NCBI GenBank assembly: GCA_050309435.1
Contig: JBNRMJ010000010.1
Coordinates: forward strand, 1 to 24,000
Direction of reading: 5' to 3'
DNA from: Fastidiosipilaceae bacterium
GTDB lineage: Bacteria > Bacillota > Clostridia > Saccharofermentanales > Fastidiosipilaceae
Length of the DNA stretch: 24,000 bases
In this document: positions 1 to 7,283 of the stretch, piece by piece
Numbering within the stretch: position 1 is the stretch's first letter
Layout: each line of letters opens with the position of its first letter
Notes under the pieces: generated by a model
The model's input: only the letters and a program-made list of their open reading frames with translations
Databases searched by the model: none
What the model was told of the DNA's origin: nothing
Position numbers and translations under genes: made by a program

Positions 1-2492
1 TTCGCGATCTTTTGTGCAGCCAGGGCGATAAACATGAAATGCGAAGAACCTCCGCCCAGTACATACTCGACTTGCTGCCAGAGGTAGGGGAACTCGAGCA
101 GTTCCGGAAAATCAGGCCGGATCAGGGCTGTTCCCGATACGACGCCGCCGGGGATGTAGGAATAATCCGCGCGGTTCAAACCGTAGCCGACGGTTGCGGA
201 TCTAGAGCCGATGCCCGAAGCGAAAGAGGACGTGTTCGATCCCGGATGACAACCAAGTATAAAGTTCAAAGCATTAAAGACAAGCTCGGGGCCAAAGATC
301 TCCGGATAAGCCTGATGGAGGAAATAGTACTCGTAACCCAGTTGCTGGATCCCCCAGCCCGCACCCCAGATATGCGGCCGGTAAGGAATGCCGTAAGGTG
401 TTTCCTCGCTTCGACTCCGATAGTTCTCGAGCAGAGCCGGTAATGCCGCTCTAAACAAGCGGGAAAAACTTTCGTCTCCGATCAAAGCTTCTACCCTGGC
501 CATTAACCATCCGATGCGATCCATGGCCTGAACAATAAACTCTTTTTCTTCCAGGAGATACTGTCTGTATTCTTCTTCGGAAGTAGTAAGGAAAAGTTCG
601 ACCGCGGCATGGATTTTCGCTGCTTTACTCTCTTCGGCGGATCGGGTGACGGAGAATATTTCTTTGGCGATCAGGAGGGCATCCTCGCTAAGTGCATCGT
701 TAAAACCCTTTAAAGCACGAGATGCGGCAGCCAGCTGGGCGGCCGTCGTCAACTCGCGCGCGGGATTATCTTCGGTAAAGACCCATCGATCATCGTCGTT
801 TCCGCTGATGCCATCGGTCATCGCCGCACTGTCGCCTAGCATGACATATTGTCTGAGATCAGCACAGATAATACCGCGATAAAGCCTGCCAAGCGCACGG
901 TATGCACCGGCTACCGACAGAACGCCATGTTCGATCTGCTGTTGAATATCATTTTTACCGTCCGGCTGATGTATTTCGCAGACCTTCTTCGTCTGATCGA
1001 TCGTGGTCACATCGTAATGAACACCGAAAGATTCGTAGGCGAGGCTCAGAATATAGAATTCGCCTGCCTGGGATTCAACCCGAAGATCAAAGTCACCCGC
1101 ATCGTGCCAGCCGCCCGCATTCAAGCCCGGGACATGTTCGCCGGGTTTATAGTCGCATAAAGTGGACGGACCTTGATGGTAGCCGTCGATATGATTGTAA
1201 TCAACGGGAGCCATGCGGGCATCATCATCGTGACAGTGTCCGTGCCAGACACGGTACTTTTCGTTTACTCGCATATGACACATCTGAACCGGCAGAAAAT
1301 ACTCCAGGACCGGCTGCCAGACGCCGCGATCGTAGACATCCTCTGAGATTTGGAAAATTGACGATTCGGATCTGCCATAGCGAATCCTGTACAGGCCTTC
1401 TGCCCTCGTGTCGCTGAAATCAAAACGAAGATAGCGATAACGAAGGAAGCGTCCCCACTCTTCTGCTTCTCTGCTGATCACTTCTTCTTCGCCGTTTTCC
1501 GTAATTTTCGTTAAGCGGACTACCTCAGGTACATGATCGCGTTTATCGAGCTCGATGACGGCGACTTTCGGCTGTGCGGGGTGATAGCCGACCTGCGAGC
1601 ACTGGATGACGGGCTTGTAGAGCCAATCTTCGACAACGTTCGGAGTGATGATCCATTCGATGGCATTCTTCGTCTTTTCGGCAGGAACTTCGCTGCCGAG
1701 TACAAACCAGCCGTTATTGTGATTCATGCGACCGTCGTAGAGTTTCAGCTCGCTACCCGTGCTTTCGACCGTTAGACGGTTATAGGGATCGTCCGGACGC
1801 ACGGTAAAGCGGCGGCCCGTGGCATAAGGTTCGGCGATAATATCGTCGGCGATAATCGGATTGTAGCCGTGATTGTCTCCGGACAAACTTTTTATGTCGG
1901 CTCTGGCATCCTCGTCCGAGAAAGCTCCGGTATGGAGATAGTTGGGTTCTTTAGTTAATACGGGACCGTTTGGCTGCATCGGGAAGATCCCTTGTTTCCT
2001 GTCCATGATCCAGGGCTTGCCGAAGAGCGCCGCCGGGAATAGTTCCAGGTTGAAGGATAACTTACCCAGAAATCTCTCGGGAACGGGGCGATCCAGATGG
2101 ACCAGAATACGGATCTTATCGCCCTCTCCCTTGACTTCTACTTGATAGTTGAATTCGAAGTCCGGGTAGATCATCGGGTTAAAACCCTTTAGATGCCGCG
2201 AGCGATCCGGAAATGCCAGCGAAGTGACGATCTTATTTTCGTCGTCTACAAGCTTTCGTTCCAGTTGTTTGGGTACCGGCTGCCACTGACCCGGTGTCTG
2301 TTCGAAGCGAATATCGCCGTTTGTGGCTACCCGATTTCCATGCATAATGATGCTGACGCCGGACTGATGCCCTTCGGGGTATACATCGTCGAAGGCCATA
2401 ACATCGACGCCGCCGTTTCGAAAATAGCCCGACTTACTATCCAAGAGGAATGAATTTTCGGCCGAAATCCGGCAATTTGCTTGATTATCCAT
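1..2492 (-). CDS. Glycoside hydrolase family 9 (GH9)-type multidomain enzyme, C-terminus cut by the window edge (~830 codons visible), apparently cytoplasmic
   Basis: Not in the supplied ORF track because there is no stop inside the window. Hand translation of the minus strand starts at ATG 2492-2490, preceded by AGGAGA (2498-2503, 5-nt spacer). The frame stays open to position 3; I spot-checked several segments. The GH9 catalytic signature NAGGWHDAGDFDLR is encoded at 1080-1121. An Ig-like CelD_N-type segment (PVIQCSQVGYHPAQPKVAVIE) precedes it. The C-terminal part contains IPGGVVSG and WQQVEYVLGGG. The N-terminus MDNQANCRISAENSF has no signal peptide. Confidence 0.7.
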   Translation of the reverse strand, partial: MDNQANCRISAENSFLLDSKSGYFRNGGVDVMAFDDVYPEGHQSGVSIIMHGNRVATNGDIRFEQTPGQWQPVPKQLERKLVDDENKIVTSLAFPDRSRHLKGFNPMIYPDFEFNYQVEVKGEGDKIRILVHLDRPVPERFLGKLSFNLELFPAALFGKPWIMDRKQGIFPMQPNGPVLTKEPNYLHTGAFSDEDARADIKSLSGDNHGYNPIIADDIIAEPYATGRRFTVRPDDPYNRLTVESTGSELKLYDGRMNHNNGWFVLGSEVPAEKTKNAIEWIITPNVVEDWLYKPVIQCSQVGYHPAQPKVAVIELDKRDHVPEVVRLTKITENGEEEVISREAEEWGRFLRYRYLRFDFSDTRAEGLYRIRYGRSESSIFQISEDVYDRGVWQPVLEYFLPVQMCHMRVNEKYRVWHGHCHDDDARMAPVDYNHIDGYHQGPSTLCDYKPGEHVPGLNAGGWHDAGDFDLRVESQAGEFYILSLAYESFGVHYDVTTIDQTKKVCEIHQPDGKNDIQQQIEHGVLSVAGAYRALGRLYRGIICADLRQYVMLGDSAAMTDGISGNDDDRWVFTEDNPARELTTAAQLAAASRALKGFNDALSEDALLIAKEIFSVTRSAEESKAAKIHAAVELFLTTSEEEYRQYLLEEKEFIVQAMDRIGWLMARVEALIGDESFSRLFRAALPALLENYRSRSEETPYGIPYRPHIWGAGWGIQQLGYEYYFLHQAYPEIFGPELVFNALNFILGCHPGSNTSSFASGIGSRSATVGYGLNRADYSYIPGGVVSGTALIRPDFPELLEFPYLWQQVEYVLGGGSSHFMFIALAAQKIA

Positions 2493-2521
2493 CACGATCT
2501 CCTGTCTCCTGTTCATTCGCT

Positions 2522-2552
2522 TTGCACCAATATTACGTGATTATGCTAAAAT
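2522..2552 (+). promoter_or_regulatory. Candidate sigma-A-type promoter for the APH-led cluster (TTGCAC, 19 nt, extended -10 TGcTAAAAT)
   Basis: TTGCAC lies at 2522-2527, TG at 2544-2545 and TAAAAT at 2547-2552, in the divergent intergenic region between the GH9 gene and the APH-like gene. The spacer is long (19 nt), so this is only a candidate. Confidence 0.3.
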
Positions 2553-2610
2553 ATGCCATGATTCTACCAAGATCTATTCGTATTTTATGTGCTGATTGAG
2601 GAAATCCGTA

Positions 2611-3519
2611 ATGAGCAAGATGCATTCCCATGAGCTGGCGATCGACCTCTCATTGGCCAAGGAACTGATCCGCAAGCAATTTCCCGAGTACGCCGGCCTT
2701 GACATCGCTCCGGTAGACTCAATCGGAACCGTCAATAAAATATTCAAGCTTGGCAGCGACAAGCATATTCGTTTGCCGAGACTTCCCGGCGGAAAGGATA
2801 TCGAAAAAGAGTGGACCTGGCTGCCGATGCTTCTGCCGCAGCTGCCGCTTCGCATTCCGGCCCCGGTCGCTTTGGGAAAAGCCTGCGCTTTATACCCCGA
2901 ACAGTGGGCGATATACGACTGGATCGAAGGCAGCGAGTATTCCGATGAGAGTTTGGCAGATGAGGAAAAAGCCGCGCATGATCTGGCGGTTTTCGTTAAT
3001 AAGCTGCACGCCATTGATATTCCGCCCGAAGCTCCACGCGCCGGAAGACGTCCTCTGCCCGAATTACATCAAGTAACACTCGATGCCATTGATGAAATCA
3101 AGGATCTCGCTCAAAGAGACGAGATCATATCCATCTGGAAGGAAGATTGTAAAGCGGCAGCATGGGACGGGCGTCCCGTTTGGATACATGCCGATCTCTT
3201 GAGATCCAATCTCCTGCTGCAGGACGGACATCTGCACGCCATTCTGGATTTCGGGTCCGCAGGCATCGGCGATCCTGCCTTCGATTTAATTCCTGCCTGG
3301 GCGGTTTTTAATGCCCGAGGTCGCGAAGCATATCAAAACGCCGTTATGGCAGACTGCGATACATGGCGACGGGCACGAGCTTACGCCCTGCACCAGGCAC
3401 TCTTGATCATTCCATATTACGAGAAGACAAATCCGCATTTTGTTAGCATGGCGAAACGAACCGTAAACGAGATACTAAGCGATAATTATCAATCCGGAGG
3501 TCCGACATGCAGATCATAA
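2611..3519 (+). CDS. APH-family (aminoglycoside phosphotransferase-like) small-molecule kinase; substrate not assignable
   Basis: The ORF track gives 2596..3519 with a TTG start. I prefer ATG 2611, which has GAGGAA at 2598-2603. The catalytic loop HADLLRSNLLL (HxDxxxxN) and the metal-binding DFGSAGIGDPAFDL motif are typical of the APH/protein-kinase-like fold. The putative ATP-binding Lys sits in VNKIFKLG. Confidence 0.8.
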   Translation: MSKMHSHELAIDLSLAKELIRKQFPEYAGLDIAPVDSIGTVNKIFKLGSDKHIRLPRLPGGKDIEKEWTWLPMLLPQLPLRIPAPVALGKACALYPEQWAIYDWIEGSEYSDESLADEEKAAHDLAVFVNKLHAIDIPPEAPRAGRRPLPELHQVTLDAIDEIKDLAQRDEIISIWKEDCKAAAWDGRPVWIHADLLRSNLLLQDGHLHAILDFGSAGIGDPAFDLIPAWAVFNARGREAYQNAVMADCDTWRRARAYALHQALLIIPYYEKTNPHFVSMAKRTVNEILSDNYQSGGPTCRS

Positions 3520-4052
3520 ACATGACAGAGCTAAACGAATTGCAGCTCGAAGAAGCAGCCGTCATTTTGACAACAAGCATTCCGCAGGGCTGGCCGAGCA
3601 TGAAGGAGGCTTGTGAAGAAATCCGAGAACGTCTGATTCCCGAAAACTGTCTTCTGGCAGCCGTCGAAGACGAAACGGTTCTGGGCTGGGGAGGTATTCT
3701 CGCACCGATGTACGACGGAAGAGTGTTTGAACTTCACCCTTTGGCCGTGAGAAACGACCGACGTAATCAAGGGATCGGACGGGCAATCGTAACGGCGCTT
3801 GAGGATCAGGCCCGAAGCCGGGGTGGTCTGACAATGTTTCTGGGAGCCGATGACGAGTCCGAAGACGGCGAAACATCACTGGCCGATGTCGATCTGTACG
3901 AGGATTTAGGCTTAAAATTCCAGAACTTCGAACCAGGCACGCATCAGTCCGGCTTTTACTTAAAACTGGATTACAAACTTGTCGGTGTCATCCCGGATGC
4001 CAACGGCATCGGCAGACCGGACATCTTTATGGCGAAACGTTTAAGCAGATAG
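3507..4052 (+). CDS. aac(6'): GNAT N-acetyltransferase resembling AAC(6')-Ii-type aminoglycoside 6'-N-acetyltransferases
   Basis: 181 aa. GGAGG at 3496-3500 and ATG 3507 both lie inside the 3' end of the APH gene (13-nt overlap). The GNAT motif A is RNQGIGRAIVTALEDQARSRG. Blocks FELHPLAV, RGGLTMFLGADDE, DVDLYED and YKLVGVIPDANGIGRPDIFMAKRL parallel AAC(6')-Ii of Enterococcus faecium (WELHPLVV, RGGITIYLGTDD, TDLYE, YKIVGVLPNANGWDKPDIWMAKT) as I recall that sequence. Confidence 0.65.
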   Translation: MQIINMTELNELQLEEAAVILTTSIPQGWPSMKEACEEIRERLIPENCLLAAVEDETVLGWGGILAPMYDGRVFELHPLAVRNDRRNQGIGRAIVTALEDQARSRGGLTMFLGADDESEDGETSLADVDLYEDLGLKFQNFEPGTHQSGFYLKLDYKLVGVIPDANGIGRPDIFMAKRLSR

Positions 4053-4078
4053 AAACTGTTTATCTTCAAGGAGGAAAA

Positions 4079-4690
4079 ATGAAAGAAGTAAAACGTTCCA
4101 TCGACTGGAGCGAAGGCAGGTGGACTAACGAGCCGCTTGATGCGAAAAGCGAAAACGGGCATCTCATCGTCAAAGCCGCGAAGGGCAGTGACTATTGGCA
4201 AAAGACGGTCTACGGTTTCGAACATGACAGCGGTCACGCACTGCTGGCTCCCTGGCCTGCCGAATGTGCGATGGAAGTGACGCTGCGCCTGGATCAATTC
4301 AGCAATTTATTCGACCAGGCCGGTCTGATGCTCTGGCGCAGCCCCGTCCAATGGATCAAGACAGGCGTCGAATTCAGCGATGGAATTTTGTGTATCGGCG
4401 CTGTGGTGACCGACGACTATTCCGACTGGTCGCTCTTCCCTGTTCCGGTAGATTGGCTCGGCGGCGAACTGACCTTAAGGGCCTCGCTTCTAAACGATGG
4501 CGTCATTATTCGTGCCAAAACTAAAAAGACTTCCTGGCAGACAATCCGCGTGGCCCGCTTCCCCTACCGAGAAGATATCAAGGCCGGTCCTCATCTGGCG
4601 GCGCCAAGCGAAGAAGGATTCCGGGCGATCTTCACGAAGTGGGAACTGACGGATCTTGACACAGATATCCACATAGATCCCCCGTTATAA
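4079..4690 (+). CDS. DUF1349-family protein (concanavalin-A-like lectin/glucanase fold, Ree1-like); function unknown
   Basis: 203 aa with AGGAGG RBS directly upstream. The GSDYWQKTVYGFEHDSGHAL motif is characteristic of DUF1349. The gene lies 26 nt after the AAC gene. Confidence 0.6.
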   Translation: MKEVKRSIDWSEGRWTNEPLDAKSENGHLIVKAAKGSDYWQKTVYGFEHDSGHALLAPWPAECAMEVTLRLDQFSNLFDQAGLMLWRSPVQWIKTGVEFSDGILCIGAVVTDDYSDWSLFPVPVDWLGGELTLRASLLNDGVIIRAKTKKTSWQTIRVARFPYREDIKAGPHLAAPSEEGFRAIFTKWELTDLDTDIHIDPPL

Positions 4691-4742
4691 ACATTGATTA
4701 CGAAACAAATTTCGAAACCCGGGTAAAATGAAGGAGATAAAC

Positions 4743-5414
4743 ATGACGGAAGAAGAAAAGATCTTTAGCGGACAGTTATATGCACCTGGAGCCAACGAGC
4801 TTCGGGCCATAAAACTAAAATGCCATAACCTCTGTACGGAGTACAATCAGACCTTCGAAGACGAGACGGAGAAAAGAGCGGCTCTGGTCAAAGAAATATT
4901 CGCAAAATTCGGTGAAAGAAGTTTCATCCAGGGTCCGATGTATATTCACTACGGAACTCACACGAAGATCGGTAATCGCTTTTTCGGAAACTTCAATTTA
5001 ACCATTCAGGACGATACACATGTGGAGATCGGCGACGATTGCAGCTTCGGTCCGAATGTTACTCTGGTCACGCCGATTCATCCCATGTTGCCCGACGAGC
5101 GTCTGCTGATCGAGGATAAAGACGGCAATAAACTGCGCATGTGCTATGCCAAACCCATCAAGATCGGAAATAACTGCTGGTTCGGTGCCAATGTCGTGGT
5201 CTGCCCCGGCGTCACAATTGGTGACAACTGCGTCATCGGTGCCGGCAGTGTCGTAGTAAAAGACATCCCCGCCAACAGCTTCGCAGCGGGAAATCCCTGT
5301 CGCGTCATCCGTGAAATCACGGAAAAAGACAGCATGAAATATAAACCCGATATTCTGGCAAATAACCGGGTTATCGAAAACCAGCACGAACATTACCGAT
5401 CCCGTCCACGGTAA
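4743..5414 (+). CDS. Maltose/galactoside O-acetyltransferase family (Maa/LacA, left-handed beta-helix hexapeptide transferase)
   Basis: The ORF track starts at 4728. ATG 4743 is preferred because AAGGAG lies at 4731-4736 with a 6-nt spacer. The N-terminal Mac-type segment is EKIFSGQLYAPGANELRAIKLKCHNLCTEYNQT. Hexapeptide repeats read IGNNCWFGANVVVCPGVTIGDNCVIGAGSVVVKDIP. The C-terminal NPCRVIREI block resembles LacA. A tail of about 35 aa follows the helix. Confidence 0.85.
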   Translation: MTEEEKIFSGQLYAPGANELRAIKLKCHNLCTEYNQTFEDETEKRAALVKEIFAKFGERSFIQGPMYIHYGTHTKIGNRFFGNFNLTIQDDTHVEIGDDCSFGPNVTLVTPIHPMLPDERLLIEDKDGNKLRMCYAKPIKIGNNCWFGANVVVCPGVTIGDNCVIGAGSVVVKDIPANSFAAGNPCRVIREITEKDSMKYKPDILANNRVIENQHEHYRSRPR

Positions 5415-5428
5415 GGGAGAGTAAGATC

Positions 5429-6031
5429 ATGAGAAAAATAATCGTCCTTAGCTTCATAAGTCTTGATGGAGTGATGCAGGCACCCGGCGGTCCGAACGAA
5501 GATATCTCGGGATCATTCAATTTCGGCGGCTGGTCTGTCCCGTATTGGGACGATACCCTGGCCGAAGTCATGGAAGAGCAAATGGGTCGTCCTTTTGACT
5601 TGTTACTGGGCCGTAAAACTTACGATATTTTCGCAGCAAGCTGGCCTCTCATGGATCCCTCGAATCCCATTAACAGTACTAACAAATATGTGCTTACGAC
5701 TCATCCGTTACCGGAAGAAACAGAAGTTTGGAGAAACAGTTACCGGCTTAACGGCGATATCGTTTCTCAAATCCGCGGTCTGAAAACGGAAGAAGGTGCC
5801 GATATACAGGTTCACGGGAGCAGCGAGTTGATTCAAACTTTACTGCGTCATGATCTCGTGGATGAATTATGGCTGAAAATTTACCCTGTCACACTCGGCA
5901 GAGGAAAACGACTTTTTGGCGATGGCACTCAAGCGAAAAGCTTCAAGCTCAGCAGTAGCAGAGTATCTTCCCGGGGAGTCATCATTGCTTCTTATATCCG
6001 AGACGGCGAAGTTCAAACATCATCTTTTTGA
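5429..6031 (+). CDS. Dihydrofolate-reductase-family protein (RibD C-terminal/DHFR-like reductase domain)
   Basis: 200 aa. The N-terminus MRKIIVLSFISLDGVMQAPGGP...GGWSVPYWDD is typical of the COG0262 DHFR-like family. LLLGRKTYDIF and VHGSSELIQTLL motifs are present. The gene lies 14 nt after the Maa-like gene. Confidence 0.8.
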   Translation: MRKIIVLSFISLDGVMQAPGGPNEDISGSFNFGGWSVPYWDDTLAEVMEEQMGRPFDLLLGRKTYDIFAASWPLMDPSNPINSTNKYVLTTHPLPEETEVWRNSYRLNGDIVSQIRGLKTEEGADIQVHGSSELIQTLLRHDLVDELWLKIYPVTLGRGKRLFGDGTQAKSFKLSSSRVSSRGVIIASYIRDGEVQTSSF

Positions 6032-6105
6032 TGATCGGTTAACACAGCCAATTTGCTCGGATTAACATAGAATCAGATCCGTTAAATTTCGATCAAAAAT
6101 CCCAA

Positions 6106-6139
6106 AATAGCCGGTGGAAATTCATTTTCACTGGCTATT
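6106..6139 (+). terminator. Possible intrinsic terminator ending the five-gene cluster
   Basis: AATAGCCGGTG (6106-6116) pairs with CACTGGCTATT (6129-6139), 11 bp with one G:U. The loop is long (12 nt) and only a weak T-rich tail (ATTGTGT) follows. Confidence 0.4.
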
Positions 6140-6217
6140 ATTGTGTCCGGAGATCGACATACTTCCTAATTATATACTGATAGATACATTCGTAAACCTT
6201 TGCACGTATACGAAGCC

Positions 6218-6246
6218 TTGAAATTTTTACATTTTTATGTTACATT
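6218..6246 (+). promoter_or_regulatory. Candidate sigma-A promoter for the EamA-codA pair (TTGAAA, 17 nt, extended -10 TGtTACATT)
   Basis: TTGAAA lies at 6218-6223, followed by an exact 17-nt spacer. TG is at 6238-6239 and TACATT at 6241-6246, about 48 nt upstream of ATG 6294, in an AT-rich intergenic region. Confidence 0.5.
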
Positions 6247-6293
6247 ATTTACACGTTTTCAAAACTGAATATTTTCTTCGGAGGTGCTTAGGT

Positions 6294-7238
6294 ATGGAGA
6301 AAAGAAGATCACTGCAGGCATATCTTCTGATTTTCTTGTCCGGTTGTTTATGGGGACTCGGCGGTTATCTTGTGACTCAAATGACGCAGATGGGGGTCTC
6401 TTCATTGATGACCGCATTTAGCGGACATTTTTTCACGTTGATTCCTTTGCTCGTGATTATTGTTCTTAAAAATGGCATAAAGGGACTCAAAATTTCTAAA
6501 AAAGGTTTATTGGTCAGTATCATAATGGGAGCGTTGACCAAAGGTATCTTTAAACTGGCCAACGATAGTTCGGTGGCGCTGGTCGGAGTTGCTTCGGCAT
6601 CGATCCTGATGTATCTGGCACCGATCTTTACCGCAATGATGTCCATGATCTTTTTCAAGGAAAAATTACGTGCGTATCAGCATTTTGCTTTATTACTGAA
6701 TTTACTGGGTTGTATATTAATGGTTACCCGTGGCAACTTCGCTGACTTGAATCTCTCCGGTTTGGGTCTGATCTTCGGTGTGACATCGGCTTTTCTTTAT
6801 GCGCTCTACACCATCCTGGGTAAGGTCTCCATGAGCGACGATGATCCCGTTACCATGACCTTTTACATGCTGCTCTTCAGCGCTGTCACGATGAGCTTCT
6901 TCGCCAAACCCTGGCAGCAGCTTGACCTCTTCATGAGCGGTAATTTCCTCTTCTGGGCAATTATCAATTCGCTGGTAACCGGCTTACTGGCCAATATGCT
7001 CTTCTTGTCAGGTTTATCCATGGGCGTCGAAGCATCAAAAGTGACGATTATCACTTCGGTCGAAGTCATCGTAGCAGCCCTGACCGGCGTCTTCTTGCTC
7101 AAAGAGTACATCAACACGATTGGTATGCTCGGCATTGTTATTATGATCGCTTCGATCGTTCTGATGAACATCACGATTCCAACGAAGGAAACAATCGCGG
7201 CAGAAGACGAAGTCTTAGGCACACAAGAATCCAAGTAA
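6294..7238 (+). CDS. EamA/DMT-superfamily transporter (10-TM type)
   Basis: The ORF track starts at 6237, inside the predicted promoter. ATG 6294 is preferred because GGAGGTG lies at 6280-6286. The product is 314 aa and highly hydrophobic, with two EamA-like halves and an FFKEKL-type motif after TM4/5. Confidence 0.8.
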   Translation: MEKRRSLQAYLLIFLSGCLWGLGGYLVTQMTQMGVSSLMTAFSGHFFTLIPLLVIIVLKNGIKGLKISKKGLLVSIIMGALTKGIFKLANDSSVALVGVASASILMYLAPIFTAMMSMIFFKEKLRAYQHFALLLNLLGCILMVTRGNFADLNLSGLGLIFGVTSAFLYALYTILGKVSMSDDDPVTMTFYMLLFSAVTMSFFAKPWQQLDLFMSGNFLFWAIINSLVTGLLANMLFLSGLSMGVEASKVTIITSVEVIVAALTGVFLLKEYINTIGMLGIVIMIASIVLMNITIPTKETIAAEDEVLGTQESK

Positions 7239-7283
7239 AACTAAGAACAGCAAAAGCAGAATCAACGTAATAGAGAGGATACT

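Noticed and set aside
12-2453. Plus-strand ORFs in the track (12..443, 646..882, 849..1160, 902..1417, 1533..1775, 1942..2145, 2193..2453) and minus 1520..1705
   Set aside because: All lie inside, and mostly antisense to, the long open minus-strand GH9 reading frame. Their products are low-complexity (Arg/Ser/Pro-rich) with no recognisable motifs and no RBSs.
6036-6087. Three spaced TTAAC/TTAAA-containing motifs (CGGTTAACA, CGGATTAACA, CCGTTAAAT) at intervals of about 20-23 bp after the DHFR-like gene
   Set aside because: The shared core is only 4-5 nt in an AT-rich intergenic region, easily explained by chance. No dyad or clear association with a promoter was found.
6140-6700. Apparently lower GC in the EamA 5' half and upstream spacer, as a hint of horizontal acquisition
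   Set aside because: I cannot compute composition reliably by eye. The enrichment for Phe/Ile/Leu/Lys codons in a membrane protein plus an intergenic promoter region explains it, and there are no flanking repeats or mobility genes.
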